The position numbers and the translations under genes are program-made. Shown here piece by piece: positions 35,847-47,984 of a stretch of DNA of 64,000 nt (position 1 is its first letter; each line of letters opens with the position of its first letter). This stretch comes from Azolla caroliniana. Lineage: Eukaryota; Plantae; Polypodiophyta. Location of the stretch: contig JBHGNT010000009.1 of the NCBI GenBank assembly GCA_043228905.1, positions 15,128,001-15,192,000 on the forward strand. Reading direction: 5' to 3'. The notes beneath the pieces are model-generated. The model searched no databases. It saw nothing but the letters and a program-made list of their open reading frames with translations, and was not told the origin of the DNA.

Positions 35847-36008
35847 CCCAATTGACTATTTATGGACAAACCCATTTACTTGTAATAAATTTTAATTTTT
35901 TCCCAATATATTGTGCAGTTAGGTAGACCCAATTGACTATTTATGGACAAACCCATTTACTTGTAATAAATTTTAATTTTTTCCCAATATATCGTGCAGT
36001 TAGGTAGA
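35847..36008. repeat. 81-bp tandem duplication
   Basis: CCCAATTGACTATTTATGG...TTAGGTAGA occurs at 35847 and 35928. Confidence 0.92.
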
Positions 36009-36366
36009 CATATTTTGTCTGGTTTATGAGATGTTTAACCAACTTTATTTCAATATTGGTGTTAGCAAGGTATTACTCCAAAGTTTCTTCTGGAGTTTTG
36101 GGGTAAGATATGGGAAAGAAAACAATCCCGTCAAATGTTAGATATAATCAATGATCAGCCCCAAGTTGTAAATCTGTCCCCATATGTGCTCTTAGAGTGC
36201 ACATTTTGTGATAGCGTCCCAAATGAGGAGCGGCTACTATGCAACACGACCATATGGGTTGATAAGGTGTTAATCTAGGAAACCGTATCTATGCGTAGGA
36301 CACAATGGATCTAGGAAAGAGCAAAATAGGTAGTAGAATTGGCTAATTGAGTCAACTAGAATATTT

Positions 36367-39300
36367 TGTGGGCAAGTTACGATGTACTTAGTTTTGAAGT
36401 ATGTGCCATTGACTTCAAGATAAGTATTGTCTAGCACTAGCCTGTATCTAGGGAGTTGGGTCATATTAAATAACAAGTCAGTTGACATAAAAGGAATATC
36501 TCCACTACTATAAACTAACATGCACATTTAATGTTACACTCAGACCAAACAGAGAATATAATCCACTCTCTTACATAGTGGTGTATTGATCATCAGTCCC
36601 CACTAATTTTGTAGTGAGCTGGTCCAGATCCCATCTAAGCTCCAAGATGTGAGCGCGTGGGTGAACTACCATTGTGAGCTACTCTTATATGTAATAGAAA
36701 TTTTGTTTTCATATATCCATTTCTGTGGTTGTAAATCTATATACCTATCTAATTGATTCTCAATATTTCTAACATGGTATCAGAGCTGAGACGTTGATCT
36801 AGATTAGGTATATAGGGGTAGTTGTTGTCTAGCAGCATAGAGAAATAGAAAGAAAGAAAGAAAGATATATTAACGTCTTTTAAGAGGCCAAAATGGCCTA
36901 TAAGACCAAATAAGAGATTACATCTTGAGTGTTGTCTCGTTTTTTAGAACAAATCAAAATAAAATAAATACTACACAGTAAATATAAAAGTAAATAAGAT
37001 GAAAAGAGAAGAAATGAGGGAATCTCGTTTTTGGCACATGTGACATTCTCAAGTTAGGTATATTGTAGCTTTTGTCTTCGAAAGATCTCTAGCATAGGTT
37101 GATCCAGAATAGAAATGTCTCTGAAGTGAGGGAAACACCTACGATGGCGGGAGATAATGGCTTTTATCTATTGATGACAAGGGTGTCAAGGTCGTGGTCC
37201 ATGGGGGCGGGGTCTACGTGCACGGCAAATTGCTATTGCCCAATCAAATTGTAACCCCTTTGAGAGAGAGAGAGTATCGGTGGCCTTGTCCATGACTGTT
37301 GTAGCTGATCCACTGCGCATTCGCCCACCTCCATTGTCTGTTGGAAAGCTAGATGGAACCAACTACACTCTATGGAGGAGATGAAGAAGTCGAATATAGT
37401 AGTTGGGTTGCCAACCCTATTTGACTTAAATCATGTTTGTGATGCTTGTATGATGGGCAAGCATCAAAGATCAATCATTCCAAAAGAGAGTCAAAATCGG
37501 ATAAAGACTCCTCTACAACTAATACACATAGACCTCTCTGGAAAAATGGTGACTCCTGCAATAGGTGGATCTCTCTACTATAGTAGAAAGATGTGGGTTT
37601 ACTTCCTTCGGGAGAGGGTGAAGCTTTTAAAATCTTCAAAAGATGGCATAAGTTTGTCGAGCAGAAGTCCGGAAAGTTAATGAAGGAGTTACGCTCTGAT
37701 CGAGGTGGAGAATTCTTATCAATAGAATTTTGTGAGTATTGCAAAGAGCATGGAGTTAAGCGCCAACTTACAATTGCCTACACCCCGCAACAAAATGGCG
37801 TTGTCGAACGTCGAAACCAAACAGTTGTCGAGATGGCTAGGTGTATGTTGAAGGCACAAGTGTTGCCCGACCCAATCTGGGCTGAAGCAGTGAATATAGC
37901 CGTTTACATCCTCAATCAGAGCTACACGAAGGCACTTCAAGGGAAAACACCCCAAGAAGCTTATTCAGGCAAGAAACCTTTAGTGGCTACGCACATGTTC
38001 CAGATGTGAGCAGAAAGAAGTTGGATGCTAAAAGCAAGAAGTGTATCTTTCTTGGATATAGTGAAGAGTCAAAGGCCTATCGACTCTACGATCCAGAGGC
38101 ACGAAAGATATTGACAAGCCACAATGTGGTGTTTGATGAGGAACGACCACATCTAGCTGAGAACAATGATTCTCAAGTTACCTCATCAACCGAAGAAGTA
38201 TTCCACCCAATCCCGACCCACTGTCCAGAAAAGGAAGTTGAACCATATGATGGTAATGGCTCGCTAGTCAGCCTATGCCAGTGTCACATGTAAATAAAAT
38301 ACCTAAGTGGGCTCAACAACTCTTCAATGACCGTACTCCTAAAGTTGAGTTTCCTGAAATTTCAACTGATGTATTACGAAGATCAAGAAGAATACAGGAG
38401 CAAGGGAGAACCTCTGACCACATTGTTAACATGGCTCTGATGGTGGACATCATAGGCTCAATGAGTGAGCCGACCTCGGTGGAGGAAGCCATGGCTGACC
38501 CGAAGTGGAAAGGGACGTTGATATCAGAATACGATAGTATCATGAAAATGACACATGGGAGATGGTAGAGAGGCCAACAAAGAGGAAGGTGATAGGCACC
38601 AAATGGGTGTGGAAAGTAAAGTATAAAGCTTATGGTTCTTTGGAGAAATTTAAGGCCAGGGTAGTAGTGCAAGGATACTCCCAAATTGAAGGGTTCGATG
38701 TACAAGAAATATTTTCCCCGAAAGCTCGCATGACAACAATTCGAATGGTCATAGCGTTGGCTGCTTCAAGAGGATGGACGATTTATCAAATGGATGTCAA
38801 ATCGGCATTTTTGAATGGGCATCTCAAGGAGGAGGTATACATGACACAACCACTAGGGTTTGAGATGCCGAATTCAGAAAACAAAGTCTACAAGTTGAAG
38901 AAGGCATTGTATGGTCTAAAGCAAGCACCAAGAGCTTGGAACAAGAGGATAGACAACTTCTTACAATCAATCTACTTTAAGCAATGTGCTTTAGATGCAT
39001 GTATGTCAAAATGAAGGACGGGAAACTAGTCATCATCATCATTTACGTGGATGATCTAGTACTTACTGGTGACCATGAAGAGTGTATTGGCCACACACAA
39101 CAGTGTTTGAAAACTGAGTTTGAAATGACAGACTTGGGGATTCTACACTACTTCCTTGGAATTGAGGTTTGGCAAACCTCAGTTGGCATCTTCATGTCAC
39201 AAAGAAAGTATGCAACAGAGATCTTGAAGACCTTTGGGATGATGGATAGCAAGTCGAAGTCGACTCCAATGGAGTCAAACTGCAAACTATCCCAAGAAGA

Positions 39301-39798
39301 CCCATCACCAACAATTGACCTAAGGAAACATAGACAGTGAGTAGGAAGTCTAGTTTTCCTATGCGACACTAGGCCGGATATTTGTTTTACAGTCGGTGTG
39401 GTGAGTCGATTCAGCAACAAGCCGAAGGAGACTCATTGGAAAGTTGTACCTAGTCTTGAAGTATATGTCCTTGACTTCAAGATAAGCACTATCTAGCACT
39501 ACCCTTTATCTAGGGGTTGGATCATATTAAATGATAAGTCAGTTCAAAGAAAAGGAATATCTCCACTACTATCAACTGACTTGCACATTTAATGTTATAC
39601 TCAGACCAAACATAGAATATAATCCACTTTCTTACACAGTGGTTGGATTGATCATTAGTCCCCACTAATTTTGTAGTGAGCAAGTCCAGATCCCATCTAA
39701 GATCTAGGGTGTGAGCACATGGGTGAACTACCATTGTGAGCTACTCTCATATGTAATAGAAGTTTTGTTTTCGTATATCCATCTCTGTGGTTGTAACT
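36367..39798 (+). mobile_element. Copia F, deleted derivative (gag/PR and RNase H missing)
   Basis: LTR homology between 36383-36734 and 39445-39796, iMet PBS 36775-36786, integrase LRSDRGGEF and QNGVVERRN, RT QMDVKSAFLNG and YVDD. The 5' LTR start is uncertain. Confidence 0.88.
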
Positions 39799-40272
39799 TG
39801 TCAAAGTTACTATGTGGAAGCTTTGACAAACTGATTTATCCCGATAGAAACAAAAAACAGAGAATAAAGGTTTAATGGAAGCTTAGGAACAAAGAATACA
39901 CAGGAGAGACAGAAATAGAGTAGAAAGCATAAACTCGATTCAAAATATTGCACTCTGCAACACTCTGTACATAGAATGTGTTTAGAGAGCACTTTTATAC
40001 AAGTCCTTCTACAGACTGATAGAAGTACTGACAAGTACTTCAATGCTCATACAAGCGACAGACACTGACTCCCAAAAATATGCCTACATATTGGGCTAGA
40101 TCCGTGGGCCTCTAACAGCCTACCGGTTACAATCCGATCCGGCTCCTAGTTCCAGATACTATCCAGACACAAATCCGGTTCACCGTTCCGGATATCGATA
40201 TGGATCCGATTGAGCTTGTCCCCTCAACACTCCCCCTCAAGCTCAACTTAAGGTCAGATCGTAGTGTCTGCG
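39799..40272 (-). mobile_element. 3' LTR (39799-40229) and PPT of copia H, inserted in the 3' LTR of F
   Basis: Similar to the LTR of D (GGTTTAATGGAAGCTTAGG, TACAAGTCC, CTCAACA end), followed by CTCCCCCTCAAG. Confidence 0.82.
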
Positions 40273-40770
40273 TGTTGAGAATCAAGCTCAACCTCGTCTA
40301 GTGTGTGAACTCACCTTGAGAGTGAATGGACACTCCAACGGTCAAGAGTCACCATTATGTCACCATTTGGTATTCTAGCATTTAGTATTAGTCATAGAAT
40401 CATATTCTATGACACATAACTTATGAGCTTTCACATTCCCCATGCTCCATGAGTCTTGTAGTTAATGAAGAGAGAGGGTGACTATATAAAGTGACGGGAA
40501 CTCAACGCTCCTTATGCGCTACGCTCGGCCACAACCGAGCTTAGAATGATACATAGAAAACAGAAACAAATGTACGCGACACAAAGGAGAGAAAAGGTAC
40601 ACAGAATGTTTATGTGGAAAACCCAAAGAGGGAAAAACCACGGCAGCCCACAGGCTGCATACTATCACTATTTGCCCTAAGTCATATTTATACTAGTATG
40701 ACTTTTCGGCTATTTACAAATATAGCCACGATGGGCTCTCAGAAACATATTTACGAATATGTCTCTTCCT

Positions 40771-41202
40771 CCGGTTCTCACCGGGTCTGCACCATCCGGC
40801 TCTCCGTAGCCGGGTGCTCCTCATCCGGTTCACACCGGGTCTGCACCATCCGGCTCTCCGTAGCCGGGTACTCCTCATCCGGTTCACACCGGGTCTGCAC
40901 CATCCGGCTCTCCGTAGCCGGGTACTCCTCATCCGGTTCACACCGGATCTGCACCATCCGGCTCTCCGTAGCCGGTTACTCCTCATCGGGTTCACACCGG
41001 GTCTACACCATCCGGCTCTCCATAGCCGGGTACTCCTCATCCGGTTCACACCGGGTCTGCACCATCCGGCTCTCCGTAGCCGGGTACTCCTCATCCGGTT
41101 CACACCGGGTCTGCACCATCCGGCTCTCCGTAGCCGGGTACTCCTCATCCGGTTCACACCGGGTCTACACCATCCGGCTCTCCGTAGCCGGGTACTTCTC
41201 TT
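40771..41202. repeat. 54-bp minisatellite x8 in the 3' LTR of J
   Basis: Unit CCGGTTCACACCGGGTCTGCACCATCCGGCTCTCCGTAGCCGGGTACTCCTCAT. Confidence 0.95.
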
Positions 41203-41304
41203 CCGGTTTCGTCCTCAGCCTATCGGCCTCGGCCGAGATTGTTCGTCGGCACTGTTCTTCTCCCTTCCCATCTGGAGGGACCTGTCTCCCAACAAACTCC
41301 CCCT

Positions 41305-44300
41305 TCACTCCGGCTTGGGGTGTCTTATCAGTCCGATCCACTTCCGGCATGCATCCAGCTTGTCGGGTATCAGAACTTTGGTCAGCATATCTGACCCATT
41401 CTCGGCCGTGTGGATCTTCGTCAGCGCGAACTCCTGGTCATCTACTCTTTCCCGGATCCAGTGATATCTTCGCTGGATATGCTTCGTCCGAGAATGGTAG
41501 GCCGCATTCTTAGCAAGGTGGATGGCACTTTGACTGTCGCAATAGAGTCGGTATTCCTCTTGCCGGATACCGAGCTCTCCGATGAAGTCCTTCATCCATA
41601 ATATTTCCTTGCCGGCTTCCACAGCCGCCATGTACTCCGCCTCTATGGTTGACAATGCAACCGTCTTCTGCAGCCTCGACTGCCACGAAATAGCTCCTCC
41701 TGCATAAGTCATTATATACCCGGATGTAGACCGGTTGGTACCCACATCAGCCGACATGTCTGAGTCGGTGAAACCGTCAAGTTGAGGTCTTCCGGAGCCG
41801 AATCGGAGACACATATTTGAAGTGCCCTTCAAATACCGGAGTATCCATTTGACCGCGTTCCAGTGCTCCTTGCCGGGATTGCTCATAAACCGACTCACCA
41901 CTCCGACTGCGTATCCTATATCCGGTCGGGTACACACCATTGCGTACATCAAGCTCCCGACGGCAGAGGCATATGGGATCTTCATCATATCCGCCTTCTT
42001 TGCTTTCTTCTTCGGGCTTTGCTTGCCGGATAGCTTGCAGTTTGCCGGAAGTGTCGATCCGACCGGTTTCACATCTGACATGTTGAACCGGTGAAGCACC
42101 TTTGTCACGTACTTCTCCTGTGATAGCCATAATTGCTTCTTTGACCGGTTCCGGATGATGTGCATCCCTAGCATCTGTCTTGCCGGACCCAAGTCTTTCA
42201 TTGAGAAGGTCTGGTTGAGAGGCTTCTTCAGCATCTGTATTTTGACTTGGTCATGTCCGACGATCAACATGTCATCCACGTACAGAAGGAGTATCAAGAA
42301 GTCGCCTCCTTCGAACTTCTTCACAAACACGCAGTGATCGGCCTGCGTCTTGTGGTACCCTTGATCGGTCATGAAGGAGTCGAACTTCCGGTACCATTGT
42401 CGGGGAGCCTACTTCAGTCCGTACAGGCTCTTCTTCAACCGGCATACCAGGTGCTCCTTCCCTTTCAACACGAATCCTTCCGGTTGCTGCATGTAGATCT
42501 CCTCTTCGAGGTCGCCGTGAAGGAATGTCATCTTCACGTCCAGCTGCTCTACCTCGAGGTCCATGCTTCCTGCTATACTCAGCACCGTCCGGATGGAGGT
42601 CATCTTTACTACCGGGGCAAATATCTCGTCGAAGTCCACGCCCTTCTTCTGCTGGAACCCCTTCACCACGATCCTGGCTTTGTATCTCGGGGGGTTGCCG
42701 GCATCTCCCGGTTTCAACTTGTACACCCACTTGTTTCGGAGTGCCCGCTTTCCTTTCGGCAACTCCACCAATTCGTATGTATGGTTCTCATGCAGGGAAT
42801 CCATCTCATCCTGCATGGCACTTAACCATTTTCGGCTGTGGGTGTCTTCCTTCGCTTCTTCGAAGCTTTCCAGTTCCCCTTCATTGGTCAGCAGAACATG
42901 CTCTGCATCCGGAAATCTCAGGGGGGGCCTTCTCTCTCTTAGAGGATATCTCCGTCTCTGGGCTTCGGTGACCGGCTCACCACTCTGCTCTTCATCCGAA
43001 TCTGATTCAAGGTCTTGGCCGGTTCCCGTTTCTGCTTCCTCTACTTCTCCTTCAGCCTGTTCAGTATCCTCACCGTAACCGGCTGGTCCCTCGAGTGCTA
43101 ACCGGTCTCTTGCCGGTTGGGTCTGCTCATCGTAGAATCGATCCTTACCGGTCGACTCAGAGTTCATTATCTATTTCTCCGACTCCCAGTCGGCGAGCGT
43201 CTTGTCCTCCATGAAGATAATATCTCGACTCCAGAATACCTTCTTGTCGACCGGGTCCCACACTCGGTAGCCGAACTCATCGTCGCCGTAACCGAGGAAT
43301 ATGTGTGGCCGGGTCTTTGGGTCTAACTTTCCTCTCCGGTCCTTAGCTACATGCACGTACGCGAGACACTCGAACACCTTCAGATGCCGGTAGGATACTT
43401 CCTTACCGGTCCAAACTCTCTGTGGCGTGTCTCCGTCCAAGGGTACTGAGGGTGATCTGTTTATCACGTATGTCGCCGTCGACAATGCCTCATCCTAAAA
43501 CTTCTTGGGTAGTTTTGCATGCGCTAGCATACTCCAGACCCTCTCCATTATGGTCCGGTTCATCCTCTCGGCCAGTCCGTTTAGTTCCGGCGTCTTCGGC
43601 ACGGTAAATTCGAGCCGGATTCCCTTCGAGCGGCAGTACTCCTCGAACTGCCCCCGGTATTCTCCTCCGTTATCTGCTCGAACCGCCTTCAGCTTCCGAC
43701 CGCTTTCTCTTTCCACTCTCGCGTGGAGCTCTTTGAAGACGGATAACACCTGATCCTTCATCTTCAACGGTGTGGCCCACAGATTCCGGCTGTGGTCATC
43801 TATGAACGTCACGAAGTACTGCGCTCCGGCATGTGACTTCGTGTCTACCTGACACACATCCGTATGCACCAACTCCAGTGGTGCATTACGTCTCATCGGT
43901 GGCCTTGGTCGGAAGGAGGTCCGGTTTTGCTTACTGGCCAGACAATCAACGCACTTCTCCAAGTACACGTTCTTCACTGGAATGAGGTTGTCGTCTGCAA
44001 GCCTCTTCATCCCCTTCTCGCTCATATGACACAGTCTCTTGTGCCACTGCTCACCGGCAGTGTCGGAAGCCACGTTCACTTCTTCAGGGCATAATGGGGC
44101 ATTCATCAGGTACAGTGTGTTTACCTTCCGGGCCCGAGCCACAATCAAGCTCCCTTTGCTAAACTTCATGACACCGTTCCGGATGCTACCCGTGTAGCCC
44201 TCATCATCTAGCCGACCGGCTGATATCAGGTTCAGTCGAACCTCCGGAACGTGTCGGACTTCCCTCAACAGCAACTTGCATCCGGTTGGTGTCGACAGCC

Positions 44301-45351
44301 ACATGTCTCCTATGCCGACAATTCGGCATGTACCTTCATTCCCCATCCGGACACAGCCGTGATCACCGGCTGAGTATGATGAGAAGCATTTCCGGTCCGG
44401 GGTGACATGGAACGACGCTCCGGAGTCTACCACCCAGGTCATCTCGTCGCCGGCAAGGTTTATCTCACTCTCCTCGGTGATGAGCATCAACTCTTCTTCA
44501 CTTGCCGCGATTTCCGTTGTCCCCTTCCGGTCCGGCCCCCTCCGGTCTTTACCGTTCCGGTCTGGGGTCTGCTTCGAATCGGTACCATCGGTCTCCTTAT
44601 CTTTTCGGAAATGCTGACAGTTCTTTTGGAAGTGTCCCGGCTTGCCGCAATAGAAGCAAGTGGGCCTCCCCCTTGACTTTGACCGTGTCCCCGACTTCTC
44701 CCGGTTCTGGGGACTACAGTTTCTATGTCTTCCGCGTTCCGATTCGGTAAGGAGCGCTTTGGAGTCAGAGCTCGTATCTTTATCTTTCCGATGCACCTCC
44801 TCATCTAGCAGGCTCGACTTCACTCTTGCTAGGGATAACCGCTTTCCTTCCGGCCCGGCATTGCCCAAAGTGACAACCAATGTCTCCCAGCTGTCCGGGA
44901 GGGAACCGAGCAGAAGTAGCGCAAGTACCTCATCAGCGCGAGGTACTTCCAATGAAGTTGCCTGGTGGATCAGCCCCTAGAAGGCATTCATGTGCTCCGC
45001 CATGCTGGAGCCATCTTGGTACCGGAGTCTTACTAGCTTCCGGAATACCGACACCTGATTAACAGCATTTTTGTTTTGAAACATTATGTCGATCTTCTCC
45101 CAGAGCTCATGAGCCTTGCTCTCTTCATTGAAGTTGTTGTACAGGCTCATGTCGATGAAGCACCGTATGTACGCCGTTGTCTTCATGTGCATCACCTCCC
45201 ATATCGCGGCGTCGATTTTGTCCGGTCTCTTGTCCCCGAACTGAACTGGCAGCCAGAGGTCTTTAACCACGAGCATGTCCCTCATCTTCGACTTCCATAC
45301 CGAATAGTTGGAGCCGGTGAGCTTGAACATGCCGCCAAACGATTCGTCCAT
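41305..45351 (-). pseudogene. Single-frame gag-pol of J with four premature TAG stops
   Basis: Five ORF-track pieces share one frame. Motifs: CFYCGKPGH, WVVDSGASFH, VRADNGGEY, QLDVK, YVDD, GGAISWQSRLQ, SDMLTK. Confidence 0.95.
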
Positions 45352-45838
45352 ATTTCTGTGTTGTTTCGCTCTGATACCACTTGACGGGAACTCAACGCTC
45401 CTTATGCGCTACGCTCGGCCACAACCGAGCTTAGAATGATACACAAAAAACGGGAACGAATGTACGCGACACAAAGGAGAGAAAAGGTACACAGAATGTT
45501 TACGTGGAAAACCCAAAGAGGGAAAAACCACGGCAGTCCACAGGCTGCAAACTATCACTATGTTGGAATGTACAAAACAGTGAGTTCACGGAGGCAACGA
45601 CCTCGTACTCATGATCTTCGCCACAGGCGGCGGTTACAACAGAGGCAGTGACCTCTTTCTTTCTCTCTCTCTCTGTACACTGTTACGTGTTCTCTCTTCT
45701 TCTTGCACCAACAAGAAAATGACAACTAACTACACATATTTGCCCTAAGTCATATTTATACTAATATGACTTTTCAGCTATTTACAAATATAGCCACGAT
45801 GGGCTCTCAGAAACATATTTACGAATATGTCTCTTCCT

Positions 45839-46162
45839 CCGGTTCTCACCGGGTCTGCGTCATCCGGCTCTCCGTAGCCGGGTGCTCCTCATCCGGTTCA
45901 CACCAGGTCTGCACCATCCGGCTCTCCGTAGCCGGGTACTCCTCATCCGGTTCACACCGGGTCTGCACCATCCGGCTCTCCGTAGCCGGGTACTCCTCAT
46001 TCGGTTCACACCGGGTCTCCACCATCCAGCTCTCCGTAGCCGGGTACTCCTCATCCAGTTCACACCGGGTCTGCACCATTCGGTTCTCCATAGCCGGGTA
46101 CTCCTCATCCGGTTCACACCGGGTCTGCACCATCCGGCTCTCCGTAGCCGGGTACTTCTCTT
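45839..46162. repeat. 54-bp minisatellite x6 in the 5' LTR of J
   Basis: Same unit as at 40771. Confidence 0.95.
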
Positions 46163-46560
46163 CTGGTTTCGTCCTCGGCCGAGATTGTTCGTCGGCACTG
46201 TTCTTCTCCCTTCCCATCCGGAGGGACCTGTCTCCCAACATAAAGCACCCTCCTCCCACCTTGTAAAAGAGTTGAGTCTTTCTCCTTTGTTAATATACTT
46301 TACCTTGCGTATTCTCTATGTCTTACTCCGTGTCTCTCTCACTCTCTCTCTCTCTCTCATACACACACACTCACAACACATATCTCTAGTCTATTCCGCT
46401 GCACAAGAATCGCCACCGATTCTTAACATGGTATCAGAGCGATTTGGTAGCTCGATCTAGCCCACTCACCTCATCGTGATCGTGTGTCGTGTCCTTCCCC
46501 GACAACCAAGAACCAGCTCATCGCTATCGTAGCTTCGCTACATAGCTTGCATTCGAAGAG

Positions 46561-46603
46561 AGAAGAAGAAGAAGAAGAAGAAGAAGAAGAAGAAGAAGAA
46601 GAA
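46561..46603. repeat. (GAA)n microsatellite in the 5' leader of G
   Basis: Direct reading. Confidence 0.95.
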
Positions 46604-46623
46604 TCGACATAATGAATACTCAA

Positions 46624-47391
46624 ATGGGGAGCGCTCTCCCTACTGAGAAGTTGGATCGAAACAACTTTGCATCTTGAGAGTACAAGATGCACCAATACCC
46701 TGTCGGACAAGGCTATTGGAGCTACATCAAAGGAGTGCACGAAGACCGACCCGTCGAAACAACTCTCGGATATGCGACATGGGATCAAGCCACAAGCCAC
46801 GTGATGTATTTCTTGGCGACATGTGTTCACGATCACATGCTCGGCTACATTCGCGAAGCCAAGAAGCCAAAGGAGGCATGGGAAAATCTATGGAAGATTT
46901 TCGCGGCGAACACAACCGCAAGAAGGCTTCAACTCCGCCAAGACTTTAACATTCAACAAAGGGACATGTCCATCACGACATACACCTTGAAGATCAAGGA
47001 GCTTTGCCACTCGCTCGGCTCGATAAGCGTAAACATCGATGATGATGAGATGGTGCAAATATGCCTCGATGGCCTCGCACCACGGTTTGGCGCGATGCGA
47101 ACCGCCGTTCTAGCACGGAAGAAATCTCCCTCCTTCTTCAAGCTCCAACCAATGCTATTAGTCGAAGAAAACCACGTGCGTACAAGGAGCAATGAGTTGG
47201 AAGGCCACATGCTCTACACGTACACAAACGGAGGAAGAGGACGCGGACGAGTGAGATGTTGATTCAGCCAAGCACAAAGCGGACGAGGTCCGACCTACGA
47301 CAACAACTCCCAATTTCGGCCCCAAAACGAAAGCCAACGAGGAACCTTTGCAAGAAGGGGGAGCTTCCACTCCAGCCCGGGCCGTCAAAAC
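46624..47391 (+). pseudogene. gag: gag of copia G (truncated)
   Basis: MGSALPTEKLDRNNFAS*EYKMHQY...KIKELCHSLGSI...LLVEENH. Confidence 0.88.
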
Positions 47392-47984
47392 GCTTGAAGA
47401 CAAAATTGAAGAAAAAATTGGCGACCCCCCTTCTTTTTTTCCTATAAAAGGAGGTTGAGGGGGGGAGGGGCTCATTTGAGGAGGACGTATTGAGAGGAGG
47501 AGACTATCGCCACTTTTCCTTCGGATCTCTTAATCTTCTTCTTCACCACTTCTCTTCATCTCATACCCCTTCATCCCCTCATCACCACGTGCTCGTCTTC
47601 TTCACGTTGGCACTGAAAGTGATCGTTTACGATGCTCGTGAGCCCAAGCTTCGTTGGTTCAACATTGCTTCACCCCGTTCGTCTTTGCGAGCCCGTGTGC
47701 TCACCGTTCTGGCGGTTGTGGTTCATTGTGGTTGGCCTTTTTGTGGTGCTTGTGTGTTCGTCTTTGTCGTGTTCGTGCTCCGTGTTTGGATTTGCTCTTG
47801 TCTCTAAGGGCATTTAGTATTTATGTTTTGTTGAGCTTGTGGTTAACTAGAAGTTGCCACATTCTAATCGAGCCCTATTTTATAAAGGGCCCTCTTGCGT
47901 TGGAATTGAACATATATTTATATCTTTAGCCAATATCAATCGTGTTTTTTTTTTTTTCTTTCTTTCTTTGTTCTCATCCCCTTG

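Larger units (their letters stand above)
40492..46240 (-). mobile_element. Ty1/copia element J, Tnt1/Tork-like, full length
   Basis: LTRs 40492-41294 and 45382-46240, iMet PBS 45368-45379, PPT about 41295-41306, perfect TSD TAAAG (40487-40491 and 46241-46245). Confidence 0.97.
40273..47391 (+). mobile_element. Copia G (5' LTR split by element J; PBS; truncated gag)
   Basis: LTR 40273-40491 plus 46246-46428, iMet PBS TGGTATCAGAGC at 46429-46440, gag starting at 46624. Confidence 0.9.

Noticed and set aside
35400-36360. LINE ORF2 C-terminal remnant
   Set aside because: Only a CxxC-like fragment (LECTFCD) among many stops, which is not enough support.
40614-41513. ORFs of 150-300 aa with 18-aa repeats (also at 45766 and 56973)
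   Set aside because: A by-product of a stop-poor 54-bp repeat inside an LTR. It is open in several frames on both strands.
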